The notes beneath the pieces are model-generated. The model was not told where the DNA came from. It ran no database searches and worked only from the letters and a program-made list of their open reading frames with translations. A stretch of 64,000 nucleotides of DNA from a virus. A program made the translations under genes and the position numbers. Of the stretch, positions 56,134 to 64,000 are shown in pieces; positions within the stretch are counted from its first letter, which is position 1; each line of letters opens with the position of its first letter. The stretch lies in the IMG/VR virus record IMGVR_UViG_3300042554_001676, positions 7,965 to 71,964 of that record; one strand, 5' to 3'.

Positions 56134-56824
56134 TACGTGATCCTGTGAGGTTAAGTAGGCTGGTAAAGATATTGATAAAGTTCAAGTATAGACTCAACGC
56201 ACCCAACACCTCAGCACGATGATCTTCATCTGCGTAACTTACTTGCTCACGAATTTGTTGAGTATCATAAGCGGTTAAACCAAGAAAAATAACAATAGCC
56301 ACAGCACTAATAACCATGGAAGCAACACTGCTACCGATAAAAATATTAATAACACTGGCAATAATAATGGCAATAAGGCCAATAAAAAGATACTTGCCCC
56401 AACTATCAAGACTATTCTTAGTAAAGTAACCATATAGACTCATTGTCCCAAATAGCACACTTGCGCCTAGAAAGGCTGTGACCACACTCATGCCGGTAAA
56501 CACTGCCATGAAGGCACTTAGGCTAAGACCCATTATGCCTGCAAATGCTAAAAGCAAAGCAATAGCACCTTCTCGAGCAATACCAGAATTGATAGCCATG
56601 GGCACTAGAAACACAAACACCAAGGGTGCAAACATGGTAATCCACTTAGTAACGGGACCAAAGAATATGGCCATTGCCGCAGGACTAGCGGCCACCGCCA
56701 AACTCACAATCATACTCACTGCTACTGCTAGAAACATGTAATTATAAACACGAGCCATAGCCGCATTTATTTCTGCGGCGGATCTATAACTACGAGAATT
56801 CCAATCGGCCACTGTATCAAACAT
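56126..56824 (-). CDS. Bax inhibitor-1/YccA family membrane protein
   Basis: 7 TM; LTAYDTQ, GALSLYLNFINIF. Confidence 0.9.
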   Translation of the reverse strand: MFDTVADWNSRSYRSAAEINAAMARVYNYMFLAVAVSMIVSLAVAASPAAMAIFFGPVTKWITMFAPLVFVFLVPMAINSGIAREGAIALLLAFAGIMGLSLSAFMAVFTGMSVVTAFLGASVLFGTMSLYGYFTKNSLDSWGKYLFIGLIAIIIASVINIFIGSSVASMVISAVAIVIFLGLTAYDTQQIREQVSYADEDHRAEVLGALSLYLNFINIFTSLLNLTGSRND

Positions 56825-56889
56825 TGCTGTCTCCTTTAGATGTGTGAAAAGGGCACACTTGGTGCCCTGTGTATTTAATCCAGCACAAC

Positions 56890-57333
56890 TTATTCGGCCA
56901 CGGTTTCTTTCTTACTTTCGGCTACCAGGGCAGCAATAGCTTCACCTAACATGTCAGCAGGTGCTGAACTAGCTTTGGCACGAGCGCGGATTTCCGCGAT
57001 GCTGGGTGCTGCCTTGGCAGCGGATTTGCTGGGTTTAGCAGCCTTAGCTACCTTAACCTTGGCTACAGCAGGCTTGTCTGCTGAGTTGTACTTGGCGTCA
57101 GCTGCCTCAATGGCATGACGGTATTGCTCTTTGTCCATAAGACTGGTGGTCTTAAGGAAGGTCGCAGCCTGACCTTTGCTCATTGCGCTGGGCAACTCCA
57201 TAAGCTCAATATCGGTATGATCAGTCTTGATCAACACTTTGACACGAGCCATATCATTGGCAAAACGAACCTTGTACTGACCCTTGACTGCTGAAACACC
57301 TGCTACTCGGAAAAGTTTGTTGTCGTCTGACAT
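56890..57333 (-). CDS. hypothetical protein with Ala/Lys-rich tail
   Basis: FRVAGVS...KVRFAND. Confidence 0.7.
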   Translation of the reverse strand: MSDDNKLFRVAGVSAVKGQYKVRFANDMARVKVLIKTDHTDIELMELPSAMSKGQAATFLKTTSLMDKEQYRHAIEAADAKYNSADKPAVAKVKVAKAAKPSKSAAKAAPSIAEIRARAKASSAPADMLGEAIAALVAESKKETVAE

Positions 57334-57427
57334 TTTTACTACCCCATGATGAAAAGTGATTTAAATTTACTACTGTACCACTAGTTTACAGCAAAACTGG
57401 CTAGTGGTCAACCAGAATATTGGTCAC

Positions 57428-57625
57428 TCAATCGCTGATTTTCCAGCCATTGTAGGCTTGACAACGATCTCGTCCACCAAACATAGCTTCTACTATTTCT
57501 CGAGCTTGGTTGGGTCCAGTGGCCTCAACCACCATCTTAAGTCCTTCTGTGGCAGTACTACCAGACCAACTAGCGCCGCTAGGACTGCGCTGACCTAAAT
57601 TATAAGTAACTTCATATTTTGCCAT
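57428..57625 (-). CDS. small early hypothetical protein
   Basis: GGAG RBS; VEATGPNQAREIVEAMFG. Confidence 0.65.
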   Translation of the reverse strand: MAKYEVTYNLGQRSPSGASWSGSTATEGLKMVVEATGPNQAREIVEAMFGGRDRCQAYNGWKISD

Positions 57626-57627
57626 GA

Positions 57628-57774
57628 TTAATCTCCAAGTGATTGATTACGATGCTTTTCGTGCCTCTGGAACTGCTTTTTATTCTCAACAGTCCTAGCA
57701 CGAAACGGGCTGTTGGCTTGAAACAACATAAAATGAATTCTGGGATTGGGACTCTTAAGCATCCGCATCTGCAT
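57628..57774 (-). CDS. small basic hypothetical protein
   Basis: Start reassigned to MQMRML; ends RHEKHRNQSLGD. Confidence 0.5.
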   Translation of the reverse strand: MQMRMLKSPNPRIHFMLFQANSPFRARTVENKKQFQRHEKHRNQSLGD

Positions 57775-57958
57775 GATCTTCTTCATGTTCCTGCTCCTGT
57801 AAGTAATCGTTAGATCGGGCAAACCTCTGTACTTCTGCTTCACTCATCCAACCAAGTGCGTCACGAGCCAATTGTTCCCATGTTAGCACACCTTGTTCGG
57901 CTAGATCTAATAATTCGCTGGTAACTGGACGACTCTGTCTATGATCAAAACCCCACAT
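57755..57958 (-). CDS. small hypothetical protein
   Basis: Start reassigned to MWGFD; WEQLARDALGWMSE. Confidence 0.6.
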   Translation of the reverse strand: MWGFDHRQSRPVTSELLDLAEQGVLTWEQLARDALGWMSEAEVQRFARSNDYLQEQEHEEDHADADA

Positions 57959-58236
57959 TATCTCTGCTCCATTGCATAAGTTGACAAGATCCATTTAGCA
58001 CGATTTAACAACTGACGCTGGTCTTCTAGTATGTTAGCCAGCGTGTCCGAATCATAAGGACCATGTGCCACCATTTCTTGAGCATCACTCATCATACTCA
58101 TGGCATACATAGCAGCACCTGAAAAACGATAAGTCAAACTCTGTTCAACTGCTTCACGCATTTGGTCTTGGGTACAACCATACATACGTACTTCACGCTT
58201 TTGAGATTCAGTCATATCAGCGAAACGAGTAGTCAT
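57958..58236 (-). CDS. small early hypothetical protein
   Basis: Directly behind repeated promoter and CGGAG RBS. Confidence 0.7.
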   Translation of the reverse strand: MTTRFADMTESQKREVRMYGCTQDQMREAVEQSLTYRFSGAAMYAMSMMSDAQEMVAHGPYDSDTLANILEDQRQLLNRAKWILSTYAMEQR

Positions 58237-58242
58237 TTATGG

Positions 58243-58306
58243 CTCCGTTTTGTTACTGTACCACTATTATAGCAGGAATCAATAACCCTGTCAACGGCAG
58301 GGTTTT
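58243..58306 (-). promoter_or_regulatory. repeated early promoter/stem-loop, copy 1
   Basis: TTGACA(58294-58289)-N17-TATAAT(58271-58266)-AGTGGTACAGTAACAAAACGGAG; -35 within hairpin AACCCTG/CAGGGTT. Confidence 0.88.
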
Positions 58307-58590
58307 TGCTTTGTTGCATTTTTCCAACGCGACATAAGATAGCTTGCACGTTGTAAGTCAAAATTCTCTTGCCTGTAGTGCCAATTTTTTTTGCGCTCTG
58401 CTACTTGCATAGCAGTGGCTAAATTACACTTTTCCTCAAAACTAGCTGTTTTTAATAGCTCGTTCATTTCTATAAGATCTGTAGCGTACTCAACCCATTT
58501 TACTGTAGAATTAATGAGATCGCGACGTACGCCACTTTTTTTGCCGTTACTAGTGATAGTATACTTGCGTACAAACTGTGCAACTCGCAT
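58291..58590 (-). CDS. small early hypothetical protein
   Basis: Behind promoter copy 2. Confidence 0.7.
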   Translation of the reverse strand: MRVAQFVRKYTITSNGKKSGVRRDLINSTVKWVEYATDLIEMNELLKTASFEEKCNLATAMQVAERKKNWHYRQENFDLQRASYLMSRWKNATKQKPCR

Positions 58591-58595
58591 ATTTA

Positions 58596-58660
58596 CTCCG
58601 TTTTGTTACTGTACCACTATTATAGCAAAAACGGATAACCCTGTCAATTGGCGGGTTATT
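58596..58660 (-). promoter_or_regulatory. repeated early promoter/stem-loop, copy 2
   Basis: TTGACA(58647-58642)-N17-TATAAT(58624-58619) with leader identical to copy 1; hairpin ATAACCC/GGGTTAT. Confidence 0.88.
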
Positions 58661-58943
58661 GTGTAATGTTGCGTTTTGACAACACACAGGTGCCACGCAA
58701 GTATCCTCTACTCAGACGCAGATCAGCCTCAATACCTGCTAACAGCATCCACTCACGAATGCTCTTTAATACTTTGGATTCATTGAATCCATAGCCAACC
58801 CAAAATGTCACAATACGCTGGTCAGAGTTTCGAGCTCTGCTCCTGGGCGTAGAATCAGTATAGGTTTTGATGATCACAGTGTTGTTTTCACGCAACACAC
58901 GATTAACGATACTGCGGAATTCTAAGGTCTCTGCTTGGCGCAT
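58656..58943 (-). CDS. small early hypothetical protein
   Basis: Start reassigned to MRQAETL after CGGAG. Confidence 0.7.
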   Translation of the reverse strand: MRQAETLEFRSIVNRVLRENNTVIIKTYTDSTPRSRARNSDQRIVTFWVGYGFNESKVLKSIREWMLLAGIEADLRLSRGYLRGTCVLSKRNITQ

Positions 58944-58949
58944 TTCTAG

Positions 58950-59016
58950 CTCCGTTTGTTTACTGTACCCATAGTATAGCAAAAAAGAAAAACCCTGTCA
59001 ATCACAGGGTTTTTTG
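58950..59016 (-). promoter_or_regulatory. repeated early promoter/stem-loop, copy 3
   Basis: TTGACA(59001-58996)-N17-TATACT; hairpin AAAAACCCTG/CAGGGTTTTT. Confidence 0.85.
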
Positions 59017-59094
59017 TAGATGTTGTTTAAAAACAACATTAGGTTTTGGGCGGGTAACCCTTGCGGCGCCAATAAAAGTCCCAAAGCATTCTCA

Positions 59095-59736
59095 TCATAA
59101 TACCAAGTCCCAATCTTTGTTAAGCCATTTTTTAACTAAGTCGATAGAAATGCCTGTTGTCCGATGAATCTCACGAATTGTCATACCAGTTAATCGCATA
59201 TTATGAATCGTGTCGTATTGTTCTTTGGTCAATGATCTTCTAGTCATTGCTCGTTTAACAATTTGTTCCGGGGACCATTTTACCCAAGGTTTTTTCATTC
59301 CTTTATGTGCCAATGAAATCTTAGCAGTTGTGCCTTCTGTCTGCGTTCTCGCTTTAAATTTTTCGATCGTCGCTTCGCTTTTTGGTCTACCTTTTAATGC
59401 CTTGCTTCTTCTAAGATTAGATTCCTCAGACATTATAATTCCATTATTTCCGTCCCCGCCTTTAGTGGCATTGTAACCCTTATTATACGAATCAAAGTAT
59501 TCTATAAGTTCTATTTCTTTAACTTTGGCTTCTTCTTTTGAAGTTGTTTCAACTAGTGTTTCCACAGACCAAGGCTCAGTGCCGTATTTTCGCAATGCGT
59601 TATAGAATTTTCTGTTGTCTTTATTCTTGGATGCTAAAATTTTATGCTCAGCCCATCGATTTTCAACTGTATTACTTGTCCAACCAATATAACATTTATT
59701 TGTTATGGTATTGGTAATCTTATAAACAAAAGCCAT
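59095..59736 (-). mobile_element. free-standing GIY-YIG homing endonuclease (Seg-like)
   Basis: FVYKITN...CYIGWT, RWAEH, EIELI, GYNATKGGDG, NUMOD3-like basic repeats, C-terminal HTH; lower GC than flanks. Confidence 0.9.
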
Positions 59737-59740
59737 TATC

Positions 59741-61918
59741 TCACCACTGACGACATGACCAGTATCTCGCCTTCCATTTCGGACCCGGATTTTGGCAATT
59801 ATGTCTTGCTCTAAAACTCTTTCTCCTGGCTGGATTTGATTTCTTAATACGCATTTCCTTATCGCCGAAGTTTACCTTGACCACTTTTCCATTTGGTTTG
59901 CGTACATAGACTTTTCTCTTGGCCACATCTCCTGCCATGGGCTTGCCTAAGGGAACCTTGCGTCCTTGATATTCTGCTTCGGTCATTTTACCAGACTGAA
60001 TATCTCTTAGCATTTGAATAAGTTCAGGTGTAGTTGCTAATTCTAGATCACTGCGTTCAAATTCTGGTCTAAGGTTTAGTATATAAGCAATGGTTTGTTG
60101 CTTAATTTTGTCACCCATGGCCAGTTGTCGATCCTGGTGCTGTGTGGAATCTTGAGGTATTCTATCTGTGGCAGGCATTTTCCCACTGAGACTAAACTGA
60201 TCGTCGTGATTACCTTCCGCCATACCCGTCTGGCTATCTGATTGATTCTTTAATAGTCTCAATGCCGAAGCAGGCAAGTTGTCGGCTTGACCACCACCGT
60301 CGATGTCAACATAGTATCGCTTGGGGGCAGTGCTGTGTATACCATGCTTTATTTCACGGATCCAACCTGTTTTGCCTGCGTGTTCACCCTGTACCACACG
60401 CACACGCTTTTTCAATGATTTGGCTTCCGAGACACCTTGCTTGTGTTTTTTAATCCAGGCATGTGCTTCATCTCTGCTGTTGAATGGTCCTGCCACCGCC
60501 ACCGCTTGCCCATCCTTGAACACACGCCAGGTTCCGTCTTTGGTTTCACGACCGGTATAGCCTTCCGCTACACCTTGAGACATTTTTTGTTTAAGTACTT
60601 GAATCTTTTGTTGATATTGTTTGCATTTTGCATCATCACCGGCACGATTCGCAGCCAACGCAAGTTCTTCGTATTTTGATATTTTCTTTTTAGTAGAGGA
60701 AATGTCTTCCGCCACACCCGGTTGGCTATCATCATGAACCAATGCTAGACCTTTTGCTTCCATGGCCCACAATAACTCGCTCATGAATTCTTGAGCCCCA
60801 TCGGCTAGATTAGGTCTCATAAGACGTTGTAAAACTTTGTCACCAATTGGCTTGATCGATTCTAAGTTGCGGGCTGGTACTGTGGTCCATTGAGGAGCAG
60901 CATCGTTACCTAATTCGGCATGGATGCCACCCATCATGCCTTTGCCTGGCTCATACTCAGTGCCTTTTACTGTTTCATCTTCTAAACTGTTGGCTAATAG
61001 CACAAACTTTTTAATAACGTCTGGTGTGCCTTTGACATACCAATGATCACCGTCGCCAAACTCATCTATGTATCTTGCTGCTATGTATTGTGATTCTGTG
61101 CCTTCCGAGACAGCTTTTGTGACTTTGGCTACACCAACCATCTGATCTTTTGGCTCAATTGGTGGTTTACCTTTTTCTTGTTCCTTACGCTTTTTTTCGG
61201 CCCAGTATGCTACGCTACCTTTACGAGGCTTCTTGTAACCGTAAGAGAATGGTCCTGCTTCTGCCACATCTTGCTCTACGCTTTCCTTGGTCTTCTCTGC
61301 CTTGCTATAACGATCACGCAGCCTGCCTAGTTCTTCTTGGCTAGCACCTTCACGCCCGGCCTTGGCAGCTCGCTTCATATACTCCGCACCGTGTTTTTTC
61401 ACACCGGTATAGTACTGTAGCCCAGATTCTTCTACTGCTTCGGTACTTTCTGGTACACAATTAGGAACCATACGGTCGCCCTTCTTTTTCATACCTTCCT
61501 GTTTATACCCATCCCAACAATCCTCACCAACCACTGCTTTACCAGTGCCTGATACGTTTACAGCAGCAGCCCGACCACGCAAACCGGCTAATTTACCCTT
61601 GCTCTGTTCACGTCCGGCTCCGCCTATATGGCGACTTGCCAGACCGTGATGTGCTGACTTTTCTTTTCTAGTATTTTTGTAGGGCAATTGCTGAATTTTA
61701 CCGCCACTGCGTAGAAAATCCTCAATGTCGCTGGCATCTTCTTTGGCCAAGCTAACTCCCTCTAGTAGTACAGCACCTTCGACATTATCTTGTTCACACA
61801 GGTATCCATCTGCTGTGATACCAATGATGCGTACTTCAAAGCAGACATCGCCTTGTTCGATTTCAAGGATGTCGCCAACTCGGGGTTCAATATCTTCAGG
61901 AATGTCTTGTAGTCTCAT
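59741..61918 (-). CDS. modular putative internal head polyprotein
   Basis: Unrelated short modules separated by DVAEA, AVSEG, GVAED, GVAEG, GVSEA, GMAEG, MTEA; CWDGYK...VPNCV module; C-terminal basic RKSFRARHNC...ARYWSC domain. Confidence 0.75.
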   Translation of the reverse strand: MRLQDIPEDIEPRVGDILEIEQGDVCFEVRIIGITADGYLCEQDNVEGAVLLEGVSLAKEDASDIEDFLRSGGKIQQLPYKNTRKEKSAHHGLASRHIGGAGREQSKGKLAGLRGRAAAVNVSGTGKAVVGEDCWDGYKQEGMKKKGDRMVPNCVPESTEAVEESGLQYYTGVKKHGAEYMKRAAKAGREGASQEELGRLRDRYSKAEKTKESVEQDVAEAGPFSYGYKKPRKGSVAYWAEKKRKEQEKGKPPIEPKDQMVGVAKVTKAVSEGTESQYIAARYIDEFGDGDHWYVKGTPDVIKKFVLLANSLEDETVKGTEYEPGKGMMGGIHAELGNDAAPQWTTVPARNLESIKPIGDKVLQRLMRPNLADGAQEFMSELLWAMEAKGLALVHDDSQPGVAEDISSTKKKISKYEELALAANRAGDDAKCKQYQQKIQVLKQKMSQGVAEGYTGRETKDGTWRVFKDGQAVAVAGPFNSRDEAHAWIKKHKQGVSEAKSLKKRVRVVQGEHAGKTGWIREIKHGIHSTAPKRYYVDIDGGGQADNLPASALRLLKNQSDSQTGMAEGNHDDQFSLSGKMPATDRIPQDSTQHQDRQLAMGDKIKQQTIAYILNLRPEFERSDLELATTPELIQMLRDIQSGKMTEAEYQGRKVPLGKPMAGDVAKRKVYVRKPNGKVVKVNFGDKEMRIKKSNPARRKSFRARHNCQNPGPKWKARYWSCRQW

Positions 61919-61920
61919 AA

Positions 61921-62355
61921 TTAATTACACCATGATTGTTTTGCTTCGCCATAGTATTCACGGGCGAATCCGTTTTTGATTAACTCAGCTCTAAGGCTCA
62001 CACCGTTTAGGATCATGTCACCTAAAACACGACCACCAAACTTATCCCATCCGTATAGTACTACCTGATGTTTTTGAGTACTGGCCACAGCATTTTTGGT
62101 AAATGCTGTGGCTGCTTGTCCACGCTGATCCTCACTGGGACACTGTGCTCTAAATCCTTTTTCAGGAGTATCGACTCCGTAGATGCGAACTGCTAGTTCG
62201 GGCTTTAGAGGTGCTGGCAGGAATGGTGCTGCAATGACCACAGTATCTCCATCATTAACTCTAACAATTTTAGCATCATAAGTGGCTCCTTGTGGTGCCT
62301 TTTGAGCAAATACCAAAGCAGGGAGTAGAAATAAACAAACTAGAAATAGTCGCAT
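61921..62355 (-). CDS. secreted thermonuclease (SNase-like)
   Basis: Signal peptide; DGDT, VRIYGVDTPE, DKFGGRVLG, LIKNGFA. Confidence 0.92.
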   Translation of the reverse strand: MRLFLVCLFLLPALVFAQKAPQGATYDAKIVRVNDGDTVVIAAPFLPAPLKPELAVRIYGVDTPEKGFRAQCPSEDQRGQAATAFTKNAVASTQKHQVVLYGWDKFGGRVLGDMILNGVSLRAELIKNGFAREYYGEAKQSWCN

Positions 62356-62375
62356 CAGGATCTCCTATATGCTAT

Positions 62376-62858
62376 TTATAGTCTTCTTAGATCTTGATAC
62401 CGGAACCAACGATCCAACCTAGCTGTTTTACGCAGTGGTATGCCAAATGCAGCCAGACGATTTTTGTGTATGAAAAAGCTAGGACCATGATTTAATCTGG
62501 GTGATTGGCCTTGTTGGATACGCCGGCGACCGATTATGTCCCATTGATATTGATGCGACATTTCGTGAGCTAATATCATTACTAACCATTGAATGCTATA
62601 GTATTTGTTAGCTAATTTGATTTTACAATAAGTGTGACGACTCACAGCATAGTAATATCCTTTGCACCATCCTAGACTAGTACGCTCTTGTGAAATTTCT
62701 ATAGGCGGTCTTGTTAACTCAGAGTTGAAAATTTGCCTGTTAAGTAATGAATAAATTTGATTAACTTGCTGTCTAGTAGGACGGTATGGTTTACGTAGTT
62801 GTTGACTAATACTGGGTAATTCGGCGCTCATTATTTGAGCAAGTTTTCGAGCAGTCAT
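62376..62858 (-). CDS. SprT-like zinc metalloprotease
   Basis: LAHEMSHQYQW (HExxH), HGPSF. Confidence 0.85.
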   Translation of the reverse strand: MTARKLAQIMSAELPSISQQLRKPYRPTRQQVNQIYSLLNRQIFNSELTRPPIEISQERTSLGWCKGYYYAVSRHTYCKIKLANKYYSIQWLVMILAHEMSHQYQWDIIGRRRIQQGQSPRLNHGPSFFIHKNRLAAFGIPLRKTARLDRWFRYQDLRRL

Positions 62859-62920
62859 AAAATCTCCTACTCTTGTATTTAATTAACTAAATACTTAATC
62901 GAAATTTCAAGGAGATCAAC

Positions 62921-63295
62921 ATGGAAATTTTAGCCGCAATAGCCATTGGCGCTGTCGTTGTTTGGTTTTTGTACAGACGCATGAATACCGACGATGATGT
63001 GCAACCTTTAAATCGCGCTACCCCAACACTACCCCCTTTGCCCGAACCTGCTCCTGCTCCAGTAATCGAGGAGCCTAAACCGGTTCCTGTAACACCAGAT
63101 GTATTAGCTGAAACAGTAGCAGCACCAGCGCCTCAACGCAAACCAAGAGCACCACGTAAGCCAGCTGTGGCCAAGCCAGTTGAACAGCAGAAAAAGACAG
63201 CAGCCAAGAAACCTGCTGCTAAACCGGCTGCTGCTAAACCACCAGCTAAACCGGCTGCTAAACCGGCTGCTAAATCACGCAAACCGCGTGCCTAG
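62921..63295 (+). CDS. membrane-anchored Pro/Ala/Lys-rich protein
   Basis: N-terminal TM; KPAAK repeats; CTAAATA promoter and AAGGAG RBS. Confidence 0.7.
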   Translation: MEILAAIAIGAVVVWFLYRRMNTDDDVQPLNRATPTLPPLPEPAPAPVIEEPKPVPVTPDVLAETVAAPAPQRKPRAPRKPAVAKPVEQQKKTAAKKPAAKPAAAKPPAKPAAKPAAKSRKPRA

Positions 63296-63576
63296 TGCTC
63301 AGCTGATTCTACCCGGCCCCAGTCGGTTTTGGCTCTGATAGCAAAAGCCAATTCACGCATGCGGCCATATTCAGGACTGCCTTTAGGATGTGGTCCTGAT
63401 TTTTTCAGTGCGTTATACGAACGCAGTAATTCATCTTTGGTTTTGCCTTTGTATTTGCCGCGCTCTTCGGGGCTGATTTGAGTAGTTTTGCCCCACTTTT
63501 CGTCTAACTGATCTGCTATTTCTTTGAGATGAGTTTCGACTAACCTAAGATATTGGCGTAGTTGATTGCTGTCCAT
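63292..63576 (-). CDS. small basic putative internal head protein
   Basis: Start MDSNQLRQYLRLVE; LDE-KWG module; ELAFAIRAK. Confidence 0.55.
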   Translation of the reverse strand: MDSNQLRQYLRLVETHLKEIADQLDEKWGKTTQISPEERGKYKGKTKDELLRSYNALKKSGPHPKGSPEYGRMRELAFAIRAKTDWGRVESAEH

Positions 63577-63601
63577 GATAGCCTCTTTTGTAGTACTTAC
63601 A

Positions 63602-63820
63602 CTAGTCCTCAGAGGATTTATCAATACTTTCGTTTAACTTTTCTTGTGCATCAATCAAGCACAGTATTTGATATTGACTAAGTTCTGTTATTATTGGTAG
63701 TCCTAAACTTAGATAGACTCTGGTGCAACCACTGGCCAGAGTTTCCATATGAGATATCTCAGCGTACCTAACTACTGTAGGACCAACACCTAATTGCCAA
63801 ATCCAAATAAAGTCACGCAT
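63602..63820 (-). CDS. hypothetical protein
   Basis: 72 aa ORF. Confidence 0.45.
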   Translation of the reverse strand: MRDFIWIWQLGVGPTVVRYAEISHMETLASGCTRVYLSLGLPIITELSQYQILCLIDAQEKLNESIDKSSED

Positions 63821-63849
63821 ACCAGTATATACTGATATGCATGTAATGA

Positions 63850-64000
63850 TTAGCTAGACTTTAGTTGTTGGTATAGTTGTTCACTGGCCAAATTCTTAGC
63901 CTTGGCTTCGACCATGATATCAGCCCAGTCGTTGTGAGTCAGGGCCCATGCATTTACAGCACGAGTCCAACAAAAGTCACTGTGTGCTGTAAATGCATGG
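63850..64000 (-). CDS. UV damage endonuclease UvsE/UvdE-like, C-terminal part (runs off right edge)
   Basis: Hand translation ...AHSDFCWTRAVNAWALTHNDWADIMVEAKAKNLASEQLYQQLKSS*; AHSD and DIMxEAK motifs. Confidence 0.75.
   Translation of the reverse strand, partial: HAFTAHSDFCWTRAVNAWALTHNDWADIMVEAKAKNLASEQLYQQLKSS

Noticed and set aside
58243-59016. Three direct repeats considered as CRISPR repeats or att sites
   Set aside because: Spacing is ~350 bp with whole genes in between, and the repeats are consensus sigma70 promoters with RBS
63190-63275. Short tandem DNA repeats (GCTAAACCGGCT)
   Set aside because: Simply encode the KPAAK low-complexity tail of the 62921 protein
1-64000. Alternative genetic code (stop-codon reassignment) as in some large phages
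   Set aside because: Conserved genes (polB, ClpA, PstS, clamp loader) are full-length in the standard code, and TAA, TAG and TGA all serve as stops

Overview
64 kb of a large lytic T4-like (jumbo-type) myovirus genome. It is gene-dense, uses the standard genetic code and is mostly on the minus strand. A Betaproteobacterial (Burkholderiales-like) host is inferred from the porin, BMP, PstS and AhpC/D genes. Left to right: (1) a partial TGT/DpdA-like gene, a probable sliding clamp, family B DNA polymerase and a DsbA-like protein; (2) an unassigned three-hairpin RNA-like element; (3) an ~11 kb run of late genes that nearly all start with a T4 capsid-targeting-like leader (M[RK]xx[ED][FLI]xxE) and carry enzyme payloads (two ADP-ribosyltransferase-like domains, Nudix, pol-beta and HIGH nucleotidyltransferases, amidoligase, GH19); (4) ClpA and DnaJ; (5) a lysis cassette with spanins, GH19 endolysin, lipase and holin; (6) PhoH, clamp loader, GroES, a DnaE fragment, MazG and virion/tail genes; (7) a long host-like auxiliary island with desaturase, SpeD-like, Pho-box-preceded PstS, class III cyclase, secreted Asn/Thr-repeat proteins, QueC-like, AhpCD, TerC, porin, S-layer-like protein, a circularly permuted two-piece tmRNA, BMP lipoprotein and YccA; (8) small early genes behind repeated sigma70 promoter/stem-loops; (9) a GIY-YIG endonuclease, a modular polyprotein punctuated by repeated GV[AS]E[GA] linkers, thermonuclease, SprT and a partial UvsE. 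No CRISPR array, rRNA, integrase or standard tRNA was seen. All calls are by motif recognition by eye; no database searches were run.
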